Positions 1-9,816 are shown, counted from the first letter of the stretch. The stretch: 64,000 nt of DNA from a virus (IMGVR_UViG_2791355477_000007); one strand, 5' to 3'. A program made the numbers and translations. Notes: generated by a model from the letters alone, not told the origin.

Positions 1-243
1 TTGTTTCAGTCTATTGTTGAGTTTTCTAAAGACATGTGTATTATTCTTGGTGGAACAATATCTACATCAGCAATGGTTGCATTAATTTTCGTTTTAGGAA
101 GTTTTATTGTACGAACAGTTTTGAACTTTCGATATGATAGGAAACAAAAAAGACAATTGAATATGATTCAAGCTACTCGTCCTTCAAATCTCATTAATTT
201 TAATGAGTATAAAAAAAGGAAAACGCTAAGGAAAATGGCGTAA
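1..243 (+). CDS. C-terminal part of a membrane protein (truncated by window start)
   Basis: ORF runs in from the left edge; hydrophobic helix (ILGGTISTSAMVALIFVLGSFIV) then basic tail; directly upstream of the SPFH gene. Confidence 0.3.
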   Translation: MFQSIVEFSKDMCIILGGTISTSAMVALIFVLGSFIVRTVLNFRYDRKQKRQLNMIQATRPSNLINFNEYKKRKTLRKMA

Positions 244-263
244 TGGAAGGAGTTTGAATAGTC

Positions 264-1244
264 ATGGGAATGATTATTACTGGCATTATTGGATTGATTG
301 TACTTGGTATTGTAATTTCTTCAATTAAAGTTGTTACAACTGGTCAAGTTTATATTGTAGAGAGGTTCGGTAAGTTCCATCGTCAATTAGAACCAGGGTG
401 GTATTTTATTATTCCATTTATTGATTTTGTTCGTGCAAAGGTTTCAACGAAACAACAAATTATTGATATTGAACCCCAGAAGGTTATTACTAAGGATAAT
501 GTATCAATACATATGGATAATGTGGTTTTCTTTAAAATTATGGATGCTAAAGCGGCCGTGTATAACATTGAGAATTATAGAGATGGAATCGTGTATTCCA
601 CCATTGCAAACGTTCGTAACATTGTAGGGGATATGGATTTAGATGATGTTTCTAAGAATCGTGATAAACTAAATGGCGATTTGCTAAATACAGTGGATAA
701 GATTACAGATAGTTATGGAGTTAAAATTTTATCTGTTGAAATTAACAACATCATTCCTCCTGCAAAAATTCAAGAGGCTATGGAACTTCAAATGCAAGCA
801 GAGCGCTTGCGAAGAGAAGGTATTTTAAAAGCTGAAGGAGAAAAAGAAGCTTCAATCTTGCGAGCTAAAGGTCATAAAGAAAGTCAAATCACAGAAGCAG
901 AGGGTAATAAATTAGCTCGTATTTTAAATGCAGAAGCAGAGAAAGAAGAGAGTATTCGTTTAGCAGAAGGTAAAAAAGAAGCGACTTTACTGAACGCAGA
1001 AGCACAGGCTAAATCAATCGAAATTGTTGCAGAAGCAGAAGCGAAAAAAATTGAAAAAATTAATACTGCTATTTCAAATACAGGAAATAGTGACACTGTA
1101 TTGAAATGGAAGCAAATTGAAGCAGTTAAAGAAATGGGATATGGTCCTGCAAACAAATTAATTGTTCCAACAGATATGATGAATAACTTAGGAACGATTG
1201 CTACAATTGCTGAAACTGTGCAGTTAACTAAAAAAGCAAGTTAG
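264..1244 (+). CDS. SPFH/band-7 (stomatin/flotillin-like) membrane protein
   Basis: N-terminal TM helix, then IVERFGKF...PGWYFIIPFID...Q.IDI core typical of SPFH domain; long Glu/Ala/Lys-rich EA-repeat coiled coil C-terminus; RBS GGAAGGAG upstream. Confidence 0.8.
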   Translation: MGMIITGIIGLIVLGIVISSIKVVTTGQVYIVERFGKFHRQLEPGWYFIIPFIDFVRAKVSTKQQIIDIEPQKVITKDNVSIHMDNVVFFKIMDAKAAVYNIENYRDGIVYSTIANVRNIVGDMDLDDVSKNRDKLNGDLLNTVDKITDSYGVKILSVEINNIIPPAKIQEAMELQMQAERLRREGILKAEGEKEASILRAKGHKESQITEAEGNKLARILNAEAEKEESIRLAEGKKEATLLNAEAQAKSIEIVAEAEAKKIEKINTAISNTGNSDTVLKWKQIEAVKEMGYGPANKLIVPTDMMNNLGTIATIAETVQLTKKAS

Positions 1245-1245
1245 T

Positions 1246-1275
1246 AAAAAGGAGCTATTATGGCTCCTTTTTATA
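1246..1275 (+). terminator. rho-independent terminator after SPFH gene
   Basis: hairpin AAAGGAGC-tattatg-GCTCCTTTTT followed by T-run. Confidence 0.6.
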
Positions 1276-1464
1276 TGTAAAATAATGCTTTTATATACAT
1301 AATAAGGTATACTAAAGAAGACGAGATACCCTATATCTTATCTTTTTGAATGCAGATGCCAATCTACTGGTATCTGCTTTTTTTATGCTTACGTTTAGAA
1401 ACTGGTAGATAAATATAATGGAAATAAAAAAGAGACATTCTATTGAATGTCCCTTTAATGCATA

Positions 1465-2556
1465 TTACTTAGCAAAGAATTTTGTGTAATGTTCTAAGCC
1501 AATTACGTTTTTGCGTTTTACTGATTCTAACTTAGTAGTACCAGAAGTTGTTGCGTATCCAATGTGATTGTAATCTTTTACGAATACTGCATGAATCCAT
1601 TTAGCGAAATCTTCATGTGAACAATTATCTTGCATTGCTTGTTTTGCAACGAAGATTAATGTTATAGATTTTGAAGCACCAAATGATTTTTTAACATGCT
1701 TTTCATCCATAAATTTGAATGATTCATTTAGATAGTTTGTAAGTTCTTTTAATTCATGAATGTCTTCTGTTTTGAAGGCATCTTGATTAAGGAACCCATC
1801 AATTGTTTTGCTATCTAAAGCAGTGTTATTTTTGGTTTTTAAAACACATAATGCTTTTAATAACATATCTGAATGATTATCATTTTTAAGACCACTCGCA
1901 CTAAATCCCGCTTGTGTAAATTCTAACTCCTTCATTTCCGCAATAGCATGAAGTAATTCATAAGACATCATAGCTTTACGGATTTGTGATGGTTTTAATG
2001 CTTGACCATTGTTCCATCTTTTAAATAGGTCAGCCTTTTTAGAATCATCTAAATCCTCGTAACTCTTAATATCCAGAATTAAAGCCATGATACGGTTTTG
2101 ATATTGTTCTGGTAAATCTTTAAAGAACATGCCACTAACGTCCATCTTCACTTCTTCACCTTCACTATCAAAACACTGTACAAATGAATCTTTAAGAGCG
2201 TAACGATTTCGAACATAGTCACGGATTGTTGTCAATCTTTGTTTTCCATCTAATACATTTCTGAATTTTTTCTTGCTTTTACGAATTGTTTGCGTCTTAA
2301 TTTCACCAATTGAAACTTCTTCTAAGATTGAAACAATTAGTAAAGATTTCTTTTCAACAGTCCAAACAGCATTACGTTGGATTGGGTCATTAAATAAGAA
2401 AACTGTTTGACGCTCCATAAATTGTGCAACTGACATTTCATCTTTTGTTGCATCGAAGCAAACAAAGTCAACTTTCATATCAGATGTACATTTGATAACA
2501 CGAACTTCCTTCTTAGTTTCTGTACCTTGTTCAATAATTGTTGTTGTGTTTGTCAT
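1465..2556 (-). CDS. DUF262 (ParB-like nuclease domain) protein
   Basis: 363 aa; N-terminal region with ...NAVW...LDGKQRLTT motif resembling the DGQQR signature of DUF262/ParB-like NTPase-nuclease domains; terminator hairpin downstream at ~1425-1455. Confidence 0.55.
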   Translation of the reverse strand: MTNTTTIIEQGTETKKEVRVIKCTSDMKVDFVCFDATKDEMSVAQFMERQTVFLFNDPIQRNAVWTVEKKSLLIVSILEEVSIGEIKTQTIRKSKKKFRNVLDGKQRLTTIRDYVRNRYALKDSFVQCFDSEGEEVKMDVSGMFFKDLPEQYQNRIMALILDIKSYEDLDDSKKADLFKRWNNGQALKPSQIRKAMMSYELLHAIAEMKELEFTQAGFSASGLKNDNHSDMLLKALCVLKTKNNTALDSKTIDGFLNQDAFKTEDIHELKELTNYLNESFKFMDEKHVKKSFGASKSITLIFVAKQAMQDNCSHEDFAKWIHAVFVKDYNHIGYATTSGTTKLESVKRKNVIGLEHYTKFFAK

Positions 2557-2792
2557 TATAATTCTCTCCCTGTTAAATAAATTAGTTAAATACCTGTTTT
2601 ATAAATTATCCTCATATTATATGCAGGAGATAAGAGTTTCATAATTTTATATGCATAAAAAATGGCTTACACCAAAAGAAATTTGTACTTTTTTAGAGAT
2701 ATAAAAAGGCACACAACCATCTATAATAGGTAGTTATTTATAAATTAGGTATTTTATTGCGTGAAATAAAGTTAGATAGGGAGTGTGTATAA

Positions 2793-3305
2793 ATGAAGGT
2801 GTATCATGTTTCTTTAGATAATAAGAAAACGAATGTATTTGCTCCAAGAGTTCCAAAGGACGAAATGCGATTGGCAGAAGAAGATAGTACCAGTGCCCGT
2901 TTTTGTGTCTCGACGACTATTGAAGGGTGTTTATCTGCGGTCCCTTGGGGTGGAGAATCATTAAGTTTACATGATAATAAAGTGATTACGGTTTATGAGT
3001 TTGATACAAATGATTTAGTGAATCAAGAGAATTTAATTGCTCCTTCGACACTATATCAAAAGGGTTTTGTTCCTGATGCGATGTATACGAGTGAACATTG
3101 GATTGTAAATGAATCTATACAGCCTAAAAATGTTTTTTGTATTGCAATAGATTCATATGAGGAAATAGTAGTTCCAGATGTTCCGTATGAAGATAGTTTG
3201 GTTTTAGAAACAGGTCTTGTAACGTTAGATGAGGTTTGGCAAGGAGATTTTGTCATGATTGAAAATATAAAATATCAACTATGTAAAGAAAAGAATGTAG
3301 CATAA
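2793..3305 (+). CDS. hypothetical protein (170 aa); paralog of N-terminal half of 12085..12819
   Basis: MKVYHVSLD..FAPRVP..CVSTTIEGCLSAVPWGG aligns with MSIFYHISMD..FVPRIP..CVSRTIDDCLSAIPSGG of the 12085 ORF; preceded by AGGTATTTT box. Confidence 0.5.
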   Translation: MKVYHVSLDNKKTNVFAPRVPKDEMRLAEEDSTSARFCVSTTIEGCLSAVPWGGESLSLHDNKVITVYEFDTNDLVNQENLIAPSTLYQKGFVPDAMYTSEHWIVNESIQPKNVFCIAIDSYEEIVVPDVPYEDSLVLETGLVTLDEVWQGDFVMIENIKYQLCKEKNVA

Positions 3306-3322
3306 TACATTCTTTTTTATTT
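3292..3322 (+). terminator. rho-independent terminator
   Basis: AGAATGTAgcataaTACATTCT hairpin + TTTTTT. Confidence 0.6.
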
Positions 3323-3351
3323 TGACTAAAGTCTAAAATATTTATATTTCA

Positions 3352-3381
3352 TTGACAATAGTAAATAAAATAATCTATAAT
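3352..3381 (+). promoter_or_regulatory. sigmaA-type promoter (TTGACA-18-TATAAT) upstream of pspA-like gene
   Basis: TTGACA at 3352, TATAAT at 3376, 18-bp spacer. Confidence 0.55.
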
Positions 3382-3425
3382 GTAACCATAGCAAGGAAAA
3401 ATACATATTTAGGAGTGTGATTGAA

Positions 3426-4142
3426 ATGGGTTTAGTAACTCGCTTTAAAAATGTTTGCAAGGGGTATTTCAATAAATGGCTTACAAAAGCAGAAGACCCT
3501 GAAGTGATGTTAGAGCAATTAATTGCAGAAAGCAAAACAAAGTATGAAAAAGTACAAATTGAAACTGCGAAAGCTATTTCCTCACGAGCAATGGTTTCAA
3601 AGGACTATGAAGCTCAATTGAAAAAATGTGAAGACTTAGTTGCAAAAGCGAAAGCATCTATTAAAGCAGGGAATGATAAACTTGCCACTGATTTCTTAGA
3701 GCAAAAGAAAGATGAAGAGGAAATTCTTCAAGAAATCAAATTGAGTTTAGAAACGGCCGAGAGACAAGAAGAGTCATTAAAAGATGAATTAAAACGTTTG
3801 ACAAAAGTAATGAAAAAAGCCGAAACGAAAAAACAATTACTTATTGCTAAGAATAACAGAGCACAAGCTCAAAAAACAGCTCAAGAGATTCGCCATGATT
3901 TAGATGGAGGAAACACTCTAACTGAAATTGGTAAAATCGAGAGAAAAATTGACGAGAAAGAATCTTTAATTTCTGCAAAAGAAGATGTTCACTCTATTAT
4001 TACAAAATCAGATGTAGAACGTGAATTTGAAGAAATTAAAGCAAATGAAGTAAGTGAAGAAATTCAAACTGAATTAGAAACTTTAAAAGCTCAAATGGCA
4101 AGTGAAGAGTCTAAAGAAGTTGCACTAACAAAAGAAGCATAA
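3426..4142 (+). CDS. pspA: PspA/IM30 family protein (phage-shock protein A / LiaH-like)
   Basis: MGLVTRFKNV...KAEDPEVMLEQLI..E matches PspA N-terminus MGIFSRF...KAEDP..; all-helical coiled coil ~240 aa; ATG 3426 preferred over GTG 3417 on RBS spacing (AGGAG at 3411). Confidence 0.8.
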   Translation: MGLVTRFKNVCKGYFNKWLTKAEDPEVMLEQLIAESKTKYEKVQIETAKAISSRAMVSKDYEAQLKKCEDLVAKAKASIKAGNDKLATDFLEQKKDEEEILQEIKLSLETAERQEESLKDELKRLTKVMKKAETKKQLLIAKNNRAQAQKTAQEIRHDLDGGNTLTEIGKIERKIDEKESLISAKEDVHSIITKSDVEREFEEIKANEVSEEIQTELETLKAQMASEESKEVALTKEA

Positions 4143-4159
4143 TTTAAAGAAAAACCTCT

Positions 4160-4195
4160 CTCTTATATAGTAGGAGGGAGGTTTTTTAAGGAGAG
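4160..4195 (+). terminator. terminator/attenuator after pspA
   Basis: CCTCTCTC..GGAGGGAGG hairpin (one G:U) followed by TTTTTT. Confidence 0.5.
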
Positions 4196-4201
4196 ATTTT
4201 A

Positions 4202-4585
4202 GTGCCAAATGAAAATATGATACTTGTAATTTTTTTCATTGGAATACCGATGTTTTCTCTATTGTTTTGCTTATTCCCGATTATAACGATAGTAGTAGCT
4301 TTGGGAATTTGTCTGCTATTTTCTATATGGTGTACGATTACAGATTCTTATATGGAAGTTAGTGATGTGAAAGAATCCATATCTAATAGATTAGACATAT
4401 CAACGGGCGAAATTCTCTTTGATTTAAACAAAAAGAACGCTACTTATTTGAGACCTGGAAACTATAGCGTGTTTACTTCAAAAGGAGAATTTATTCTGGA
4501 GTTAGGAATTGAGTATAACAACTTCTATTGGATTGAATTAAGCCAAGTATCGGATGTTAATTTCATAGATGAATTAAACATATGA
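4202..4585 (+). CDS. small membrane protein, paralog family member (type A)
   Basis: 2 N-terminal TM helices; C-terminal VFTSKGEF...ELSQVSDVNFIDEL motif shared across array; GTG start with AAGGAGAG RBS. Confidence 0.55.
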   Translation: MPNENMILVIFFIGIPMFSLLFCLFPIITIVVALGICLLFSIWCTITDSYMEVSDVKESISNRLDISTGEILFDLNKKNATYLRPGNYSVFTSKGEFILELGIEYNNFYWIELSQVSDVNFIDELNI

Positions 4586-4602
4586 GATAGGAGGGATAGG
4601 TA

Positions 4603-4983
4603 ATGGATGAAGAAGGAATTATAGGTTGTTTTGGTGTCTTAGCAATTTTAGGAGCATTATTCTACTGTTTCCCCATTATTATGGCTGTTATTACATTCAC
4701 GATTATAATAATTGGTGTTTGGACGGTTCACTCTGATTCTAAAGATAATAGAAAAAAGTTTCTTACTGATTTGCAATCTGAAATACCTCAGAAGCTTAGA
4801 ATTACAAAAGATGAAGTAATTTATGATTTCGGAGAAAAAGGTGAATCTTCATGGAAATACGAAGACTTTCGAATTTTTACTTCCAGAGGAGAATTCATTG
4901 TAAAGATTAAAGATGTAGATAAGAAAGATATTGAGTTAGAGCAAGTATCTGATGTTGATTTCATGAAGGAGTCGAAACAATAA
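4603..4983 (+). CDS. small membrane protein, paralog family (type A)
   Basis: TM N-term; FRIFTSRGEFIVKI...ELEQVSDVDFMKE. Confidence 0.6.
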   Translation: MDEEGIIGCFGVLAILGALFYCFPIIMAVITFTIIIIGVWTVHSDSKDNRKKFLTDLQSEIPQKLRITKDEVIYDFGEKGESSWKYEDFRIFTSRGEFIVKIKDVDKKDIELEQVSDVDFMKESKQ

Positions 4984-5357
4984 TGATAGCAGAAATTTTA
5001 ATGGTCTTTGGGCTCATAGTTGGGTTGATTATAGCTATTTCTCGTTTATCTCCTATAATTGGAATTATTTTCTTAATCATGCTATTGATTGGCATTGTCG
5101 TATTTAGTCATTACATACGAAAAGAAGAGCTTACAGAGTTAAAAGAAGTAATAGCTCATAACCTGTCAATTTCACAGAAAGAGATATTATTTGATGTTGA
5201 ACGAACGAGAAAATCTTTCTTAGGATGGAGAAAACTATATGTTTTTACATCAAAGGGAGAATTTGAAGTCAATATACATAGAGATAATGGTGAATGGGTA
5301 GGTATAGATTTGATTTCTATTTCAAATGTCGATTATATGAAAGAATTAAACTACTAA
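4983..5357 (+). CDS. small membrane protein, paralog family (type A)
   Basis: start overlaps previous stop (ATGA); YVFTSKGEFEV...ISNVDYMKEL. Confidence 0.6.
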   Translation: MIAEILMVFGLIVGLIIAISRLSPIIGIIFLIMLLIGIVVFSHYIRKEELTELKEVIAHNLSISQKEILFDVERTRKSFLGWRKLYVFTSKGEFEVNIHRDNGEWVGIDLISISNVDYMKELNY

Positions 5358-5478
5358 ACAAAATGAAGAGAGGTGTAAACATAATGGTTATGCGTTTTAT
5401 TGATGGATGTTTCAACAAAATATGTTTTTACATATTCTCTTCATTTTTATATGAATGAATTTTTAGAGAGGTGTCTAT

Positions 5479-5988
5479 ATGGATAAAAAGAATTATGAAA
5501 GTTTGTTCATGATGGGTCTGACAATTATGTCGATTATGGCTATAGTGGAAGAGAATTTTCAACGATATTTTATTATTTTATTGATATATATATGCTTCAT
5601 TACTATGATTCATTTCTTTCTTAATTATAAAAAATCTAAAACAAAAAATATGGTAGTCATTGAAGAATGCGTGAGAGAGAGTTTTACAAAATTAATAAAT
5701 GACTCCTATTATAAACTTTACGAAAATCAGCACCCTAAAGAAGTGGAAGAGAAATTCTTAGAGACAGTTAGAGCAATGAACATTATCATTCATCGAAACG
5801 GAGCATTGAATAAAAGCTCTTTCAAAGATAGATGCTTAAAAGGTTTTTACGAAGAAGACATCCGATTCTTTACAATGTTTGGAGAGTATACCTGTACTGT
5901 GAATGTATTAAAAGATGGATTAGGTGAACTGAAGAACCTCGACCAAATTTCTGATTTGGATTTTGATAAAGCGTTGAAAGGGATTTAA
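5479..5988 (+). CDS. small membrane protein, paralog family (divergent type B)
   Basis: TM N-term; ...CLKGFYEEDIRFFTMFGEYTCTVNV...ISDLDFDKAL. Confidence 0.5.
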   Translation: MDKKNYESLFMMGLTIMSIMAIVEENFQRYFIILLIYICFITMIHFFLNYKKSKTKNMVVIEECVRESFTKLINDSYYKLYENQHPKEVEEKFLETVRAMNIIIHRNGALNKSSFKDRCLKGFYEEDIRFFTMFGEYTCTVNVLKDGLGELKNLDQISDLDFDKALKGI

Positions 5989-6072
5989 AAATTGTAATAT
6001 TTATTTGTTTTTAGAATTTTTTAGAATTTATTCCTTAAAGTAGGAAGAAGGTTATGTAAAGGAGTTGAGGAT

Positions 6073-6531
6073 ATGTCTGATAACAATACTTCATCTATAC
6101 TATTCACGATGATAATTCCGCCTTTAGGGTTCATATTATTCTTGCTAAGACCTTCGTTGACAAAACTATATACAAACCATTTTACTGCATTTATTTTGGG
6201 GTTTATTGGTGTTGTCATGTGTATTATAGGAATCTCGCTTTATATTTACAAAATAGAATACAACCGTATTAAAAACAAAGATTTTGATAGAGTAAAAAAA
6301 ACTCTAACAAGGTACCTCAAAAAGAGTTTTGTATTAGTGGAAGAAGAAAAAGGATTAACAAAAAAGGATATCAATAAAAGATGTTTTACATCTTATCAAA
6401 CAAAATTCACTGTTTTTGTTCCCGATGGAGAACTCTTATGCACTGTAAACGTGAGTGAATATGACGTTGATGTTATGAAAGTAAAACGAGTATCAAAAAT
6501 GAATTTAAATAAAGAACTTTATGCGAGTTAA
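6073..6531 (+). CDS. small membrane protein, paralog family (type B)
   Basis: EYNRIKNKDFDRVKK..L.KRCF.SYQ..F.VFVPDGELLCTVNV signature. Confidence 0.6.
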   Translation: MSDNNTSSILFTMIIPPLGFILFLLRPSLTKLYTNHFTAFILGFIGVVMCIIGISLYIYKIEYNRIKNKDFDRVKKTLTRYLKKSFVLVEEEKGLTKKDINKRCFTSYQTKFTVFVPDGELLCTVNVSEYDVDVMKVKRVSKMNLNKELYAS

Positions 6532-6534
6532 TAT

Positions 6535-7032
6535 ATGCAGGAAATGGGTGAGAAGGCAATGTTTGATGCAGAGGTAGTAGAGAATCCATTTATTATTATA
6601 TTATTTATCGTGCTTGTTGGACTGTGTAAAGTCTTCTATGCCACAAATGCTTTCGCTTTCTATATTGTGATTACAGCTCTTCTTAGCATTATTTTAGGCA
6701 CGATATATTTTATTTACAAAAAAGAATACAACCGAATAAAACAAAGGGATATGGATAGAGTAAAAGCTACTTTGACGAGATTTCTCAGAACAAAGTATTC
6801 AACAATGTCCCAGATTAATAGTTTTTTTGTATTAATGGAAGAAGAGAAATATGTATCAAAAATAACTATTTTAAAAAGATGCTTTAAATCGTATCAACTA
6901 ACTTTAACAACGTTTATTCCAAGTGGAGAGCTTTTATGTTCTGTTACAGTGAGTGAAAACAAAGTTGATATTGATGAAGTAAGAGAAATTTCAATGTTAG
7001 ATTTAAAGAAAGAGCTGTATGTGAATAAGTAA
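6535..7032 (+). CDS. small membrane protein, paralog family (type B)
   Basis: EYNRIKQRDMDRVKA...KRCFKSYQL...PSGELLCSVTV. Confidence 0.6.
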   Translation: MQEMGEKAMFDAEVVENPFIIILFIVLVGLCKVFYATNAFAFYIVITALLSIILGTIYFIYKKEYNRIKQRDMDRVKATLTRFLRTKYSTMSQINSFFVLMEEEKYVSKITILKRCFKSYQLTLTTFIPSGELLCSVTVSENKVDIDEVREISMLDLKKELYVNK

Positions 7033-7058
7033 ATAGAGTATGTAAGGAAGTGATTTGG

Positions 7059-7553
7059 ATGTTTGATGATGAATCTAACGATTTATTAGTTTGTATAATG
7101 TTTGCACCAGTAGTTATTACGATTATAGCGTTTCTAATTATCTCTTTTGTACATATGTTTGTTAATTTCTATAATTCAAATATATTTTACTTTATAACAG
7201 GGGTTTCTGCTTTTGTTAGCTTAGTTGCAGGAAATGTGTATTGTCTTTACAAGAAAGAATATAACCGAATTAAAACAAATGATTTTAATCGAATAAAAGA
7301 AGAAATAAAAAAACATATTCGTAGTTGCTATGTAGAAAATACTTTTTGTTTAGTTGAAGAAAAAGAAGTTTCAAAAAGAGAAATTTTGAAAAGATGTTTT
7401 CGTACATACGAATTGTCGATTCATGTTTTTGCTCATCATGGAGAATTGGTTTATCAAACAAAGGTAAATAAAGATGAGGTATGGTTCAAAAACATAACGC
7501 AAGTTTCAAACGTGAATTTTGCAAAAGAATTTTATAAGAAATCAAAAATATAG
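7059..7553 (+). CDS. small membrane protein, paralog family (type B)
   Basis: EYNRIKTNDFNRIKE...KRCFRTYEL...HGELVYQTKV; ATG 7059 preferred (RBS AAGGAAG 7 nt upstream) over GTG 7050. Confidence 0.55.
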   Translation: MFDDESNDLLVCIMFAPVVITIIAFLIISFVHMFVNFYNSNIFYFITGVSAFVSLVAGNVYCLYKKEYNRIKTNDFNRIKEEIKKHIRSCYVENTFCLVEEKEVSKREILKRCFRTYELSIHVFAHHGELVYQTKVNKDEVWFKNITQVSNVNFAKEFYKKSKI

Positions 7554-7626
7554 GAATAGATACTTTATCAATTCCTATATAAATCCAAAAATATTTAAAG
7601 TTTAATAGTTTAAGGGAGGGCTTAAA

Positions 7627-8121
7627 ATGTGTGATAAGGAGTCGGAAGAACACTCTAATTCAAATTTATTCCTGTATGCACTTCTGCCTTTAATAGCGTT
7701 CTTGCTTCCATTTCTTAAGCCAGAGCTGAGTTCCGAGAACTTTATAAAATTCGTCAATACACTAATAGGTGTTCTTGTATTTGTGGTTGTATGTATCTCT
7801 ATAACCTTCTTGAGAAGAGAATATAACCGCATTAAAAGGAAAGATTTTGTTCGAATCAAGGAACAAGTTACACAGCATGTAAAAGAGCACTACTACTTAG
7901 GAATGCAAGACAGTTTTATTTTAATTGATAAGGAGAAAAATCTAACAAGAAAAGAAATCTTAAAAAGATGTTTTTCTACATATAAGGTAAAGATTCCTGT
8001 ATTTGCTCCAAGTGGAGAGTTTCTATATGAAGTGAAGGTTAATGAACAAGATGTAGAAATAATAAACTCTAAACGGGTATCACATGTTAGCTATGGTAGA
8101 GAGCTATATGTATATAAATAA
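7627..8121 (+). CDS. small membrane protein, paralog family (type B)
   Basis: EYNRIKRKDFVRIKE...KRCFSTYKV...PSGEFLYEVKV; RBS GGGAGGG. Confidence 0.6.
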   Translation: MCDKESEEHSNSNLFLYALLPLIAFLLPFLKPELSSENFIKFVNTLIGVLVFVVVCISITFLRREYNRIKRKDFVRIKEQVTQHVKEHYYLGMQDSFILIDKEKNLTRKEILKRCFSTYKVKIPVFAPSGEFLYEVKVNEQDVEIINSKRVSHVSYGRELYVYK

Positions 8122-8190
8122 ATGGGTATGTTAAAAATAAATATTTTTTTATATTAATAAAAAGATATGAAGAAGGAAGGAGATGTAGAA

Positions 8191-8688
8191 ATGTTTCATA
8201 AAGATGACCCAGAAGTAGTTTTAATGAAATATACAATTTTTTTGGGAATAGGATTAATCGTTTTCAACATCATAGTATGGGGTGTTTTATGGGTTACGAA
8301 TCTTGTTATGAATAATCTAACTGTAGTTATGTATGGAATTACAGGGATTGTTTTTATCGGAGTAGGTATTTCGATGTGTTTTATCAGGAAAGAATATGAC
8401 CGTATTACAAAATATGATTTTGACAGAGTTAAACGCTTATTAAGTCAGTATCTTAATGAAGAATATTTTAATGGCCAGAATAATAGTTTTATTTTAGTAG
8501 AAGAGGAAAAGGGAGTAACAAAGAAGGATTTTTTGAAGAGATGCTTTGCCACCTATCATATAGATTTAAAGGTGTTTGTTCCAGATGGAGAACTTTTATG
8601 TACTGTAAAGGTATATAAAGAAGGAATCCGAGTAAAAAATGTTAAGCGTCTTTCTCATATGAATTATAGAAAAGAATTTACGAAATAA
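8191..8688 (+). CDS. small membrane protein, paralog family (type B)
   Basis: EYDRITKYDFDRVKR...KRCFATYHI...PDGELLCTVKV; ATG 8191 has RBS GAAGGAAGGAG, upstream ATG 8167 lacks one. Confidence 0.55.
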   Translation: MFHKDDPEVVLMKYTIFLGIGLIVFNIIVWGVLWVTNLVMNNLTVVMYGITGIVFIGVGISMCFIRKEYDRITKYDFDRVKRLLSQYLNEEYFNGQNNSFILVEEEKGVTKKDFLKRCFATYHIDLKVFVPDGELLCTVKVYKEGIRVKNVKRLSHMNYRKEFTK

Positions 8689-8755
8689 ATACATATCCAA
8701 TAAATATTTTTGGGTTTATATAAGAATTGATAATAAATAAAAGGAGAGATTTTAA

Positions 8756-8938
8756 ATGTTTAAAGATGTAATTAAAAAAGTAGGTTCTATGCAAAATGTA
8801 ATTTCAGCTTCTTGTATCGGTGGTGGAGCAATTCTATTCAATTGGTTATTCCCTAAAATCACACTGTTTATCATTATCGGATTGTTAATTTTTAAGTATA
8901 ACGAACCAGTAAAAAAACGACTTTTTAAAGATAAATAA
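8756..8938 (+). CDS. small hydrophobic protein (60 aa)
   Basis: strong RBS AAAAGGAGAG; two predicted TM segments; inside paralog array. Confidence 0.4.
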   Translation: MFKDVIKKVGSMQNVISASCIGGGAILFNWLFPKITLFIIIGLLIFKYNEPVKKRLFKDK

Positions 8939-8952
8939 GAAAGGGAATTCAA

Positions 8953-9348
8953 ATGAAAACGAATAAAATTCAAATCGCAGTAGTAGTAGTTCCTTATTTT
9001 GTTTTATTAACAAAGTTTGTTATGAATCATAATATAGCAGGTTCTGTTATTTTGACCATATATGCTGTACTTATTTACAATTTCATCTCTTTATTTAAAT
9101 TAATTGATATGAAAGAGGTTAATTTTAAGAGAATTCATAGGAAATTAAAAAGTGTCATGAAGTTAAAAAATGATGATTGCATTGTAAAGTGTGACCAAAA
9201 GGTTCCTTTTATACATGTATTAATTGGAAAAGAACAATCTTACCTTTCAACATGCAATGTCTTAACCGCAAATGGGGAATTCACCATTTTAGTTGAGGTA
9301 ACACCAAAAGAAATTATTATTAAGCATAAAGAGTGTGTTCAGCAGTAG
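8953..9348 (+). CDS. small membrane protein, divergent member of paralog family
   Basis: TM N-term; C-term ...LTANGEFTILVEV... resembles GEF motif. Confidence 0.45.
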   Translation: MKTNKIQIAVVVVPYFVLLTKFVMNHNIAGSVILTIYAVLIYNFISLFKLIDMKEVNFKRIHRKLKSVMKLKNDDCIVKCDQKVPFIHVLIGKEQSYLSTCNVLTANGEFTILVEVTPKEIIIKHKECVQQ

Positions 9349-9367
9349 AAAAATGTGGAGGGGAATA

Positions 9368-9778
9368 ATGATGAATATAACATCTCATGTGGAAAATTCA
9401 AAATATGTCTTATTAGGAATATTGGGGGGTATCACATTTTTTGCGGTTGTTATTCGCCCTCTCTTTTATTTAGTCCCTGTATATATGAAGTATATAAAGA
9501 ATAGAAAAGTAGAGGCAGAGAAAAGAATTGTAACAGTTAAAGAATATGTTTCAAAATGCTTTGGGGTAGAACAAGAATCAATAGTCGTAGAATGTTTAGA
9601 AAATAAATCGACTTCTAAGTTAAAGGGATTTTATGAATATATGACAAAGAAAGCAGAATCATATCGTGTGTTTTGTGAGCATGGAGAATTTATTTTCAAA
9701 ATGGACATGTATGATGGTAATACAAAACTTACTGATGCCAAAATGGTATCTGATACAAATTTCAAAGATGCATTATAA
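9368..9778 (+). CDS. small membrane protein, divergent member of paralog family
   Basis: RBS GGAGGGG before ATGATG; YRVFCEHGEFIFKM...MVSDTNFKDAL. Confidence 0.5.
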   Translation: MMNITSHVENSKYVLLGILGGITFFAVVIRPLFYLVPVYMKYIKNRKVEAEKRIVTVKEYVSKCFGVEQESIVVECLENKSTSKLKGFYEYMTKKAESYRVFCEHGEFIFKMDMYDGNTKLTDAKMVSDTNFKDAL

Positions 9779-9816
9779 AGAGTGTCTGATTAATGGAAAT
9801 GTGAGGTGTAAATAAC

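Larger units (their letters stand above)
3282..3390 (+). repeat. direct repeat DR1 (~110 bp terminator+promoter module), partner at 11032..11150
   Basis: ~85% identical to 11032..11150: tgtaaagaaaagaatgtagcat.at.cattctttttt.attttgact...tttcattgacaatagtaaat.aaata...tataatg.aaccata. Confidence 0.7.

Noticed and set aside
383-1156. ORF-track entries 383..568(-), 421..627(+), 884..1156(-) inside the SPFH gene
   Set aside because: Antisense or alternate-frame ORFs fully embedded in a well-supported gene. Low-complexity translations; no RBS.
3056-3535. ORFs 3056..3256(-) and 3326..3535(-)
   Set aside because: First is antisense inside the 170-aa gene. Second spans the DR1 promoter/terminator and the pspA start on the opposite strand.
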